A DNA stretch of 64,000 nucleotides from Anaeramoeba ignava BMAN (taxonomy: Eukaryota; Protista; Anaeramoebae), in NCBI GenBank assembly GCA_028826165.1, contig JAPDFW010000081.1:434001-498000 (forward strand), read 5' to 3'. Position numbers and translations under genes: made by a program. The notes under the pieces are model-generated. The model had not been told where the DNA came from. It saw nothing but the letters and a program-made list of their open reading frames with translations, and made no database searches. Positions within the stretch are counted from its first letter, which is position 1. Each line of letters opens with the position of its first letter. Of the stretch, positions 12,561 to 25,400 are shown one piece after another.

Positions 12561-13670
12561 ATGAAAAAATCAACTAAAAAATTTCTTGATTGGAAAAAAA
12601 TAATTCCAAAATCACAAGAAAATCCAATTGGAGTAGCAAAATCAGGCATATATTTTGATTCAGAATTGAATAAAATATATATTTTTGGAGGATCTGAATT
12701 AGATTCAACAAAAGAAGCTAAATTAATGAATCAATTTTTTTCATTTGATTTGCAAGAACAAATATGGGAAAAAATAGAGCCAACAAGCAAAAAATCACCC
12801 AAACCAAGATCTGCACTTTCAATGTGTGGATTCAAAAATAAAATGTGGATTTTTGGAGGACATTTTGAATCAAAATTTTATAATGATTTATGGGAATTCA
12901 ATTCACAAACAAATGAATGGAAAAAAATCAAAACTGACAACAATGAATCCCAACCTGAACCAAGATATTCGCATTCAATAATCTACCACAATGCATATAT
13001 CTATGTCTTTGGAGGAGTTTTATCTGATGGATCAAGAAAAAATGATGTTTGGAAATTTAACACATTAGAACCTAAATGGGAAATAATTAAAACAAAAGGA
13101 AAAATTCCTGATCCAAGATCTTCTCACACTTGCCATATCTATGAAGACAATTTGCTTATATTCGGAGGCCTTGATAAATCAGTAGTTAAATCGATGGAAA
13201 TTTTCTTGCTTGATTTGAAATTATTTGAATGGAAACAAATTCATCCTATTTTGGATATTCCGGCAATTGGAGGTCATATTTCAATGATTTATGAAAATCA
13301 ATATCTTGTTTGTTTTGGTGGATTTTCTTGGCATTCTCGATATTCTAATAAATTGAGTTATTATGATTTGAAATCAAATGAATGGTTTTTATATCAATAT
13401 TATCAAAACCAACTTGAAAAAAATCTAAAAGAAAAAAATCAAAAAGAAAAAAATCTAAAAGAAAATCAACTTGAAAAAACCAAAAATTCTGTTCCTTCTC
13501 CAAGATTTGGTTCTGTTGGTTGTCATATTTCTCGTTCTTCTTTCTTTGTTTTTGGTGGTCAATATGAAAATTCTATTTCTTATGATGAAATTTGGATTTT
13601 TTCTTTCGAACATGAATTAGTTTGTGATTTTCGAAATTTTTTGGAATTAAAAGTTTTAGTTGATTTTTAA
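12561..13670 (+). CDS. Intronless Kelch-repeat beta-propeller protein (LZTR1/RABEPK-like), 369 aa
   Basis: Six FGG-containing Kelch blades (IYIFGG, MWIFGG, IYVFGG, LLIFGG, LVCFGG, FFVFGG) with P.PR..H motifs. Confidence 0.9.
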   Translation: MKKSTKKFLDWKKIIPKSQENPIGVAKSGIYFDSELNKIYIFGGSELDSTKEAKLMNQFFSFDLQEQIWEKIEPTSKKSPKPRSALSMCGFKNKMWIFGGHFESKFYNDLWEFNSQTNEWKKIKTDNNESQPEPRYSHSIIYHNAYIYVFGGVLSDGSRKNDVWKFNTLEPKWEIIKTKGKIPDPRSSHTCHIYEDNLLIFGGLDKSVVKSMEIFLLDLKLFEWKQIHPILDIPAIGGHISMIYENQYLVCFGGFSWHSRYSNKLSYYDLKSNEWFLYQYYQNQLEKNLKEKNQKEKNLKENQLEKTKNSVPSPRFGSVGCHISRSSFFVFGGQYENSISYDEIWIFSFEHELVCDFRNFLELKVLVDF

Positions 13671-14018
13671 AACTAAAAAAGTTTTTTTTTTTTGTTTTGA
13701 AATTCAATAAAATTCAATAAGAAAATAAAAGAAAAGAAAATATTTTTTTTATTTAAAAAGTGGATCAAAAAAAACTCAAAATTTCTTCTTTTTTTTTTTT
13801 TTGGAAAAGTAAAAAAGTAAAAAAAAAAAAAAACAAAATAATGTTTAAAAACAAAAAAATTTGATAAAAAAAAAAAACGAATTTTTCATTTAAATTTTTC
13901 TTTTTCAATTAAAATTTTTCAACTAATTTTAAATTAAAATTTTCCTTTTTTTTGAATTAAAATTTTCTTTTTGAATTAAAATTTTCTTTTTAGATTAAAA
14001 TTTTCTTTTTAGATTAAA

Positions 14019-17000
14019 TTATCTATCATCATCATCACCAAGATTTGCCATATTTTGTTGATTAATTCTTTCACGAAGTTGTCTTGCAAGATATTGTAAA
14101 ACAAAATCAGGACCTTCTTCACAAATTTGTTCTGGTGGACTTTTTAATGGATTATCAAGTACATCTAATTCTGTTAGATTACTAAGTAATGCAATTTCTG
14201 GTGGAAGAATTGTTAATTTGTTTTCAGAAACCTTTTTAAATTAAAATTAAATTAAATTAAATTAAATTAAATTAAATTAAAATTAAATTAAATATTAAAT
14301 TAAATTAAAAATTAAATTAAATATTAAATTAAATATTAAATATTAAATTAAATTAAATTAAATTAATATTAAATTAAATATTAAATTAAATATTAAATAT
14401 TAAATATTAAATTAAATATTAAATATTAAATTAAATTAAATTAAATATTAAATTAAATATTAAATTAAATTAAATTAAAATTTAATATTAAATTAAATTA
14501 AAAATTAAATTAAATATTAAATTAAATATTAAATTAAATTAAATTAAATTAAATTAAATATTAAATTAAATATTAAATTAAATATTAAATATTAAATATT
14601 AAATATTAAAAATTAAATTAAATTAAATTAAATATTAAATATTAAATTAAATTAAATATTAAATTAAATATTAAATTAAATTAAATTAAATTATTTGTTA
14701 CATTAAATTCTTTTAATGAACACAATAATCCTATTTCTGGTGGAAGTTCTTTAAGTTTATTTCCTGATAAAACTAAACTTTCTAAAAGTGATAATTTTCC
14801 AAGTTGAGGTGGAATTTTTTCCAATTTGTTTTCTTCCATTTTTAATATAGCTAAACTTTTTAATTCTCCAAATGATTGTGGGAGTTGTACTACTTTGTTT
14901 TCATTCACATATAATTCTCTAATTTTAATTTTAATTTTAATTTTAATTTTAATTTTTAATTTTAATTTTGATTTTGATTTTTAATTGAATTAATTTTAAT
15001 TTTAATTTTAATTTTAATTTTAATTTTAATTTTAATTTTAATTTTAATTTTTAATTTTAATTTTTAATTTAAATTTTTAATTTTAATTTTAATTTTAATT
15101 TTAATTTTATTTTTAATTTTAATTTTTAATTTTTAATTTTAATTTTTAATTTTAATTTTTAATTTTAATTTTTAATTTTAATTTTAATTTTAATTTTAAT
15201 TTTAATTTTTTGAAATTAACTTTAATAAATGTAATTTGCTCATTTCTTTTGGTAAACTTGTAAGTTTATTATCATTAAGATTTATTTTCCTAAGAGCAGT
15301 TAAATTTTCAATTTGAGTAGGCAATTCTTTCAATTGATTTCCTTCCAATTGAACTTCCTTAAGACTAACCAATTTTCCAAATTCTGGAGGTAAAGATTGC
15401 AATTGATTTTCATTTAGATTCATTTCGTGAACTTTTTGCAAATGTCCAATTTCAGGAGGAAGTGCTGAAAAATCATTGTTTGAAAGATCTAATGTTTGTA
15501 ATGATGTTAAAAAACTAATTGAATTTGGAAGTGTTGATATTTGACTGTATGATAAATTTAAATCTATTAATCCCCCATAATTCTTGAATAAATCATCAGG
15601 TAACTTTTTTAATGGATTTCTGTTTAACATTAATAATTTTAATGATGATAATAAATGTAATTCTTGTGGAAGTGTTGTTAATTGATTTCCTATTTTAATT
15701 TTAATTTTAATTTTATAAATTAATTTTAATTTTAATTTTATAAATTAATTTTAATTTTAATTTTAATTTTAATTTTAATTTTAATTTTAATTTTAATTTT
15801 AATTTTAATTTTATAAATTAATTTTTATTTTAATTTTAATTTTAATTTTAATTTTAATTCTAATTTTAATTTTTATAAATTAATTTTAATTTTAATTTTA
15901 ATTTTAATTTTGATTTTAATTTTGATTTTAATTTTAAATTTAAATAATTTTAATTTTAATTTTTCAAAAAATCAAACCTTCAAGATCTAATTCTTGTAAT
16001 GTTTTAATTTTAACAATAGTTGATGGAAGTTCTTTTAAAGAATTATAACTGATATGTAATTTTGAAAGGCTTTTGCAATTTCCAATATTTGGATCAAGTT
16101 TTGTTAATTTATTATATCTAGCATCAAGTATTCTTAAATTTGACATACGTCCAACCCATTCTCCAATTTCTGTAAGTTGATTATATCGGAAATCAAGCAC
16201 AGTTAAATTATTAAGTTTGCCAATCTTTAATTTTAATTTTGAATTTAATTTTTATTTTAATTTTAATTTTAATTTTAATTTTAATTTTAATTTTAATTTT
16301 AATTTTAATTTTAATTTTAATTTTAATTTTAATTTTAATTTTAATTTTAATTTTAATTTTAATTTTAATTTTAATTTTTATTTTAATTTTAATTTTTAAT
16401 TTTAATTTTAATTTTAATTTTAATTTTAATTTTAATTTTTAATTTTAATTTTAATTTTAATTTTCTTTTAATTTTAATTTTAATTTGAAATTTTTAATTT
16501 TAATTTTAATTTTAATTTTTAATTTTAATTTTAATTTTAATTTTAATTTTATTTTTTATAAAATGATTTTAATTTTGAATTTTAAATTTTAATTTTTAAT
16601 TTTAATTTTTAATTTTAATTTTTATTTTTAATTTTAATTTTAATTTTTTTTAATTTTAATTTTAATTTTAATTTAAATTTTAATTTTAATTTTTAATTTT
16701 AATTTTAATTTTAATTTTAATTTTAATTTTTTTTAATTTTAATTTTAATTTTAATTTTAATTTTAATTTTAATTTTTAATTTTAATTTTAATTTTAATTT
16801 TAATTTTAATTTTAATTTTTAATTTTTTTTAAATTTTAATTTTAATTTTTATTTTAATTTTTATTTTTAATTTTAATTTTAATTTTAATTTTAATTTTAA
16901 TTTTAATTTTTAATTTTTTTAATTTTTAATTTTAATTTTAATTTTTTAATTTTAATTTTAATTTTAATTTAAATTTATAAATTTTAATTTTAATTTTAAT

Positions 17001-18524
17001 TTTAATTTTAATTTTAATTTTTTTAATTTTAATTTTAATTTTAATTTTTAATTTTTAATTTTTAATTTTAATTTTGATTTTTTTAATTAAAATTTTAATT
17101 TTAATTTTAATTTTAATTTTAATTTTAATTTTAATTTTGGATTTTTTGAATTTAAAAATTTTTAATTTTAATTTTAATTTTAATTTTAATTTTAATTATC
17201 ATTACATTTTTTTGGAAACTGTTGATTTTGTTTCAATTGAGTGATAAAAACATTAAGGATTTTAAATTTCAATTTTAATTTTGGAAGTGTTTATTTTGAA
17301 TTTTAATTTTGAATTTAAATCTTTTAAAACTTTTTAATTTTAATTTTTAATTTCCAAATTTTAATTGGTAATGAATTTTAATTTATTATTTCGAACATCT
17401 ATCAATTCTAATAATTTCAATTTGAATTGATTTCGGGAGCTTTCATAAAAGATAAAAATAATTTTAATTTTAATTTTAATTTTAATTTTAATTTTAATTT
17501 TAATTTTAATTTTAATTTTTGATTTTAATTTTTATTTTTAATTTGAATTTTAAATTTTAATTTTAATTTTAATTTTAATTTTAATTTTAATTTTAATTTT
17601 AATTTTAATTTTAATTTTAATTTTAATTTTAATTTTAATTTTAATTTTAATGAATTTTAATTTTAATTTTTATTTTTAATTTTTAATTTTAATTTTAATT
17701 TTTAATTTGATTTTTGATTTTAATTTTAATTTTAATTTTTTAATTTTATTTTTAATTTTAATTTTTTAATTTTAATTTTAATTTTATAAATTAATTTTAA
17801 TTTTAATTTTAATTTTAATTTTTATTTTAATTTTGATTTTAATTTTAATTTTGATTTTAATTTTAATTTTGATTTTAATTTTAATATTATAAATGAATTG
17901 AATTTGAATTTTAATTTTATAAATGAATTTTGAATTGAAATTTATTATTTTTTACAGAAACTAAATGATTTTCTGAAAGGGATAATCGCTTTAATTTATT
18001 GAGACTTCCAATATTATCTGGTAAAGCATCTAGTTTGTTTTCATAACTTTATTTTTGAAAAAATTTAATTCAAAAAAATTTTTTTTTCAATGATCAAAAA
18101 AAAAAAAAAGCAAAATTTTTATTTCAAATAAAAGAATAATAAATAAAAATAATAAAATGATGAATAAAAAAAAATTTCAGAATAAAAAATTCAAAGTAAA
18201 AAATATAATAAGAATAAATAAAACAACAACAAAAAAAAAAAGTAATTTAATCTTTTATTATTTAATTAATTTTAATTTTAAATTTTTTTTTTTCCAATTT
18301 TTATCATTTTCTTAAAAAGAAAAAAAAAAAAGAAAAATTTAATATAATAAAATAATCTAAATTAAAACTTACACATATAAATCTTCTAAAGAATGGATTT
18401 TTGTAATTTCTTTAGGAAGTTCTGTTAATTCTCGACGACTTAAATCAAGATATTTTTCTTTTGATTTTGTTGCATTTTCAATAAGTTTTGCTGTTGGAAT
18501 TTCTGGTTGAATATTATCAGTCAT
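14019..18524 (-). CDS. Leucine-rich repeat protein (SHOC2/Roco-LRR-like), 7 exons; exon 3 (~17440-17206) is garbled
   Basis: Exons 18524-18373, 18046-17956, ~17439-17206, 16224-15978, 15689-15221, 14918-14702, 14231-14019. LxxLxLxxNxLxxLPxxI repeats and the C-cap NPLKSPPEQICEEGPDFVLQYL. Confidence 0.85.
14240..14690. repeat. AAATT/AAATATT satellite in the last LRR intron
   Basis: Direct observation. Confidence 0.85.
16228..17900. repeat. (TTTTAA)n microsatellite tracts in LRR introns (also 14920-15200 and 15692-15960), interrupted by the garbled exon 3
   Basis: Direct observation; source of the spurious FN/IL ORFs. Confidence 0.9.
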
Positions 18525-18671
18525 TTTTCTTTTTGATAAAAACAAACAAACCAAAAAAAATAAAGCAAAAAAAAAAGGAAAAAAATGAAAAAAATAAAAT
18601 CGTTATTTTTTTTTTAATTTTGAAAAAATTTTTTTTTTTTTTCTCCTTTTTTTTTCATTTTTATTTTTTAA

Positions 18672-20888
18672 ATGTTTTTGAAAGAACAATTTATCCAAAA
18701 ATTTGAATTTCGTTGGTTTTTTACTTTTGGTTTTTCTTTCCTTTTTATTGCTTATTATTTAATGATTGGAAAACATGTTTTTCTTTGTTCTTCGTTTGTT
18801 ATTTACATTATCTTATTAATTATTAAATTTATAATTGAAAATCGTAAAAACAACTTATTATATTTATCTTTTAATTTTTTGTTTAATTTTTTAATTTTAA
18901 ATTTTTATTCTTTTAGTTAATGAAACTCTTTTAACTTTAATTCAAGAAGAAAATAGTAAAAATTTATAACAGAATTTAAAATAAATTTACAAATAAATTT
19001 ACAAATGAATTTACAAATAAATTTATAACAGAATTTACAAATAAATTTATAACAGAATTTAAAAATAAATATACAAATAAATTTACAAATAAATATACAA
19101 ATAAATATACAAATAAATATACAATAAATTTACAAATAAATTTAAATTAAATAAATAAATATAAAATAAATATACAAATAAATATACAAATAAAATATAA
19201 ATAAAAAATAAATAAAAATATAAATAAATTTATAAAAAAAAAAAATACAAATATATAAATAAATAAATAAAAATTTAAAAATAAATATAAAAATAAATTT
19301 ACAAATAAATTACAAATAAATTTACAAATAAATATACAAACAAATAAATAAAATAAAAATATAAATAAAAAAAAATAAAATATACAAAATAAATATAAAA
19401 ATAAATATAAAGAAATAAATTTACAAATAAATTTACAAATAAATATAAAATAAATATACAAAATAAACATACAAATAAATAACAAAAAAAAAAATAAATA
19501 TAAAAATAAACAACAAACAAATAAATTTATAACAACATATATAAATAAATATACAAACAATTATATAAATAAATATATAAATAAATATAAAAATAAATAT
19601 AAAATAAATTTACAAATAAATTTATAAACAAATTACAAAATAAAATATATAAATAAAATAGAAATAAATATATAACAAAATATATAAATAAACATAAAAA
19701 AAAATATAAATAAAATATAAATAAATTTATAAAAAACATAAAAATAAATATAAAAATAAATATACAAATAAATATACAAAATAAATTTACAAAATAAATT
19801 TACAAATAAATTTATAAATAAACATACAAATAAATATACAAATAAAATACAAAAAATCAACAAATAAATATATAAATAAATTTACAAAATAAAATAAAAA
19901 AATAAATAAAAACAAATAAATTTTAAAAATAAATTTATAAATAAATATACAAATAAATATATAAACAAATTTACAAATGAATTTAAAAATAAAATATAAA
20001 AATAAATATACAAACAAATACAAATAAATATATAAATAAATTTACAAATAAATATACAAATAAATATACAAATAAATATACAAATAAATTTACAAATAAA
20101 TATAAAAAAAAATATAAATAAATTTACAAATAAATTAACAAAATAAAAATATATAAATAAAATTTAAAAACAAAAAATTTACAAATAAAATATATAAATA
20201 AATATATAAATAAATTTACAAATAAATTTACAAATAAATATACAAATAAATATACAAATAAATTTAAAAATAAATTTACAAATAAATATACAAATAAATA
20301 TACAAATAAATATATAAATAAATATACAAATAAATTTAAACAGGAAATTTAGATACAAATGAACAAGATAATTATGCATTCACATTGCCAGAATCACAAG
20401 GACCAAAAGAAATTATAAAACAAATGAAATTTCCTGAATTTAGAATTTGGAAACATATAACAATATTTTTTATAGTTTCTTTTCTTATTACAATATTTCT
20501 TCCAGAAATTCCAATCAAAATATGGCTTTTGATCCCAACAATATTAATTATAGTTGGATTTATTTTTGGAGAAGATTTGCTTCTTTTAATAAAATACAAA
20601 CAAATTCCTTTCTTTTCAAAGAAAAATAAACAAAAACAAAATTTGAACAAGCAAATTTTTAACAGACAAAATTCAAATATACAAAATTTTAATAATTCAA
20701 ATTTAGATTTGTCAGATCAAAATATAAGTGATTCTCCTGATTCTGTTCCTCCAACTAATATTACTACAATTACAATTAATCCAAATTCTCAAAATTTATC
20801 ACAAAACCAAAATAATTTTCAACATCAATTCTTTTCAGTTGAAAAAAAAGTTTTAGAAAAAAATGATTTTTCTAGAAAAAGAAAATAA
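18672..20888 (+). CDS. Hypothetical multi-pass membrane protein, 3 exons, 251 aa
   Basis: Exons 18672-18843, 18917-18955, 20344-20888 join in frame; two pairs of hydrophobic segments and a polar N/Q/S-rich tail. Confidence 0.6.
18960..20340. repeat. 12-bp minisatellite (AAATAAATATAC/AAATAAATTTAC) filling a 1.39-kb intron
   Basis: Lies between the GT at 18956 and the CAG at 20343. Confidence 0.9.
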
Positions 20889-20969
20889 AAAGAAATTTTT
20901 AATATTCGTTTTGTTTTTTCATTTTTGATTTTTGAAAAAAAAAAAGAGTAAAAAAGGATAAAAAATTTT

Positions 20970-22436
20970 TTGATTTAATTTGATTTGATTTAATTTGATT
21001 TAATTTGATTTAATTTGATTTAATTTGATTTAATTTAATTTGATTTGATTTAATTTAATTTGATTCAATTTGATTTGATTTGATTTAATTTAATTTAATT
21101 TGATTTGATTTAATTTAATTTTAAATTTAATTTGATTTGATTTAATTTAATTTGATTTGATTTGATTTGATTTGATTTGATTTGATTTGATTTAATTTGA
21201 TTTGATTTGATTTTAATTTGATTTGATTTAATTTAATTTAATTTAATTTAATTTAATTTGATTTGATTTGATTTGATTTGATTTGATTTAATTTGATTTG
21301 ATTTGATTTGATTTGATTTAATTTGATTTTGATTTTAAATTTTAATTTAATTTGATTTTTTGATTTAATTTTAATTTAATTTGGACAAATTTGATTTGAT
21401 TTAATTTGATTTGATTTAATTTGATTTGATTTGATTTAATTTGATTTGATTTGATTTGATTTGATTTAATTTGATTTGATTTAATTTGATTTAATTTAAT
21501 TTAATTTGATTTAATTTGATTTGATTTGATTTAATTTGATTTGATTTGATTTGATTTGATTTAATTTGATTTGATTTGATTTAATTTGATTTAATTTGAT
21601 TTGATTTGATTTAATTTAATTTGATTTGATTTTGATTTGATTTAATTTGATTTTAATTTGATTTGATTTGATTTGATTTGATTTAATTTAATTTGATTTT
21701 GATTTGATTTAATTTAATTTAATTTGATTTGATTTGATTTGATTTAATTTGATTTGATTTGATTTGATTTAATTTGATTTTAATTTGATTTAATTTGATT
21801 TAATTTAATTTAATTTGATTTAATTTAATTTGATTTAATTTGATTTAATTTGATTTAATTTGATTTGATTTGATTTGATTTGATTTAATTTGATTTGATT
21901 TGATTTGATTTGATTTAATTTGATTTAATTTGATTTAATTTGATTTAATTTGATTTAATTTGATTTAATTTGATTTGATTTAATTTGATTTGATTTGATT
22001 TAATTTGATTTTAATTTGATTTGATTTAATTTGATTTGATTTGATTTAATTTGATTTGATTTGATTTAATTTAATTTGATTTGATTTAATTTGATTTGAT
22101 TTGAATTTGATTTGATTTGATTTGATTTAAATTTGATTTGATTTGATTTGATTTAATTTGATTTGATTTAATTTGATTTGATTTGATTTAATTTGATTTG
22201 ATTTAATTTGATTTGATTTGATTTAATTTACTTTAATTTGATTTGATTTAATTTAATTTGATTTGATTTGATTTGATTTGATTTAATTTGATTTGATTTG
22301 ATTTGATTTGATTTGATTTGATTTGATTTGATTTGATTTGATTTGATTTGATTTGATTTAATTTGATTTGATTTAATTTAATTTAATTTGATTTGATTTG
22401 ATTTAATTTGATTTGATTTGATTTAATTTGATTTGA
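20970..22436. repeat. Intergenic pentamer satellite (ATTTG/ATTTA)n between convergent genes
   Basis: Direct observation, about 1.47 kb. Confidence 0.95.
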
Positions 22437-22449
22437 TCATTTTTTTGGA

Positions 22450-25400
22450 TTATTTTTTTTCTTGATCTGAATTTGAGAGACTTTCAAATTCATGATCACT
22501 TATTGATTCATTAAAACTGTTTTGAAAATCTGAATCACTTGAAAAACTTGGTGTTTTTAAAATTTTCTCATCAACTGGTTTTTTGGATTGAGTTTCTTCA
22601 TAAGATTTTGATTCGAATTCAAATTCTGAATCTGATTCTTTTTCAGATTTTGATTTTGATTTTGATTTTGATTTTGAATTTGATTTTGATTTTGATTTTG
22701 ATTTTGATTTTGATTTTACTTGATCTGATTCATTATCTTTTTCTGATTTTACTTCTTCAATTATTTTTTTATCTATTGCTTTATCTGATTCATTATCTGT
22801 TTCGGATTTTACTTGATCTGATTCATTATCTGTTTCTGATTTTACTTCATCTGATTCATTATCTGTTTCTGATTTAACTTCATCTGATTCATTATCTGTT
22901 TCTGATTTAACTTCTTCAATTATTTTTTTATCTATTGCTTTATCTGATTCATTATCTGTTTCTGATTTTACTTCTTCAATTATTTTTTTATCTATTGCTT
23001 TATCTGATTCATTATCTGTTTCGGATTTTACTTGATCTGATTCATTATCTGTTTCTGATTTTACTTCATCTGATTCATTATCTGTTTCTGATTTAACTTT
23101 ATCTGATTCATTATCTGTTTCTGATTTAACTTCTTCAATTATTTTTTTGTCTATTGCTTTATCTGATTCATTATCTGTTTCTGATTTAATTTTATCAGAT
23201 TCATTATCTGTTTCTGATTTAACTTTATCTGATTCATTATCTTTTTCTGATTTTACTTCTTCAATTATTTTTTTATCTATTTCTTTATCTGATTCATTAT
23301 CTGTTTCGGATTTTACTTCATCTGATTCATTATCTGTTTCTGATTTAACTTTATCTGATTCATTATCTGTTTCTGATTTAACTTCATCTGATTCATTATC
23401 TGTTTCTGATTTAACTTCTTCAATTATTTTTTTATCTATTGCTTTATCTGATTCATTATCTGTTTCTGATTTTACTTCTTCAATTATTTTTTTATCTATT
23501 GCTTTATCTGATTCATTATCTGTTTCGGATTTTGATTTTGATTTTGATTTTGATTTTGATTTTGATTTTGATTTTGATTTTGATTTTGATTTTGATTTTG
23601 ATTTTGATTTTGATTTAGATTTTGGTTTTGATTTAGATTTTGGTTTTTCTAATTCAATTTTTAATTTTCTGTTTTCTTCATTCAATGAATCATTTTTTTC
23701 TTGTAATTCTCCAAACTTAATTTTAAGTTCTTCAAATTGTTTTTGTTCTTTATCTTTTGATTCAATTTTTGAATTTAATAATTTATTAGTTTCTTTCAAT
23801 TTTTTAATTTCTAATTCTAAATCTGATTTATCTTTTTCAAATTGTTTTTGTTCTTTATCTTTTGATTCAATTTTTGAATTTAATAATTTATTAGTTTCTT
23901 TCAATTTTTTGATTTCTAATTCTAAATCTAATTTATCTTTATCAAATTGTTTTTGTTCTTTGTCTTTTGATTCAATTTTTGAATTTAATAATTTATTAGT
24001 TTCTTTCAATTTTTTAATTTCTAATTCTAAATCTAATTTATCTTTTTCAAATTGTTTTTGTTCTTTATCTTTTGATTCAATTTTTGAATTTAATGATTTA
24101 TTAGTTTCTTTCAATTTTTTGATTTCTAATTCTAAATCTGATTTATCTTTATCAAATTGTTTTTGTTCTTTATCTTTTGATTCAATTTTTGAATTTAATA
24201 ATTTATTAGTTTCTTTCAATTTTTTGATTTCTGATTCTAAATCTAATTTATCTTTATCAAATTGTTTTTGTTCTTTATCTTTTGATTCAATTTTTGAATT
24301 TAATAATTTATTAGTTTCTTTCAATTTTTTAATTTTTGATTCTAAATCTAATTTATCTTTATTATCTATTGATTCAATTTGATTATCTTTATTATTATTA
24401 TCTATTGATTCAATTTGATTATCTTTATTATTATCTATTGATTCAATTTGATTATCTTTATTATTATTATCTATTGATTCAATTTGATTATCTTTATTAT
24501 TATCTATTAATTCAATTTGATTATCTTTATTATCTTTTGATTCAATTTGATTATCTTTATTATTATCTATTGATTCAATTTGATTATCTTTATTATTATC
24601 TATTAATTCAATTTTGTTATCTTTATTATTATCTATTAATTCAATTTGATTATCTTTATTATTATCTGTTGATTCAATTTGATTATCTTTATTATCTATT
24701 GATTCAATTTGATTATCTTTATTATTATCTATTGATTCAATTTGGTTATCTTTATTATTATCTTTTGATTCAATTTGATTATCTTTATTATCTTTTGATT
24801 CAATTTGATTATCTTTATTATTATTATCTTTTGATTCAAGCTTTTTTGATTTATCAATAATTTTTCTTTGTATTGGTTTTGATTTATCAATAATTTTCCT
24901 TTGTATTTGCTTTGATTTATCAGGTGATTTTCTTTGTATCGGTTTTGATTTATCAATAATTTTTCTTTGTATTTGCTTTGATTTATCAGGTGATTTTCTT
25001 TGAATTTGATTTGATTTATCAATAGGTTTTTTTTGAATTGGTTTTGATTTATCAATAGGTTTTCTTTGTATTTGTTTTGATCTATCAATAGGTTTTTTTT
25101 GAATTGGTTTTAATCTATCTTTTGATTCTTCTTTTTTTGATTTATCAGGTGATTTCCTTTGAATTTGCTTATTTTGATCCTTTGATTGAATTGGGCTTAA
25201 CTTGCTTGGAGATTTGCTTTGAATTTGTTTATCCTTTTGTTGAATTTTTTTTGTATTAACAAGAGGTTTTCTTTGGATTTGTGATGTTTTATTTGGAGAT
25301 GCTTTTGCCTCTTTTTCATTTAAAAATTCTTCAACTTTTTCAAGATATGTTTGACTTTTTCTCCAACGATTTTGTAAAGGATTTCTAACTGTTGGTTTTG

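Noticed and set aside
17206-17440. LRR exon 3 as evidence of pseudogenisation
   Set aside because: LRR-like residues are still traceable and all other exons are clean; the exon lies between long TTTTAA tracts where consensus quality is probably poor
16217-20379. FN-, IL- and FIY-rich ORFs in the ORF track (also 30423-30695, 41583-42138, 57875-58096, 59960-60184)
   Set aside because: Translations of stop-free satellite strands or of alternative frames of coding repeats
20970-22436. Telomeric repeat
   Set aside because: Internal position between two convergent genes and a mixed ATTTG/ATTTA unit without G-runs
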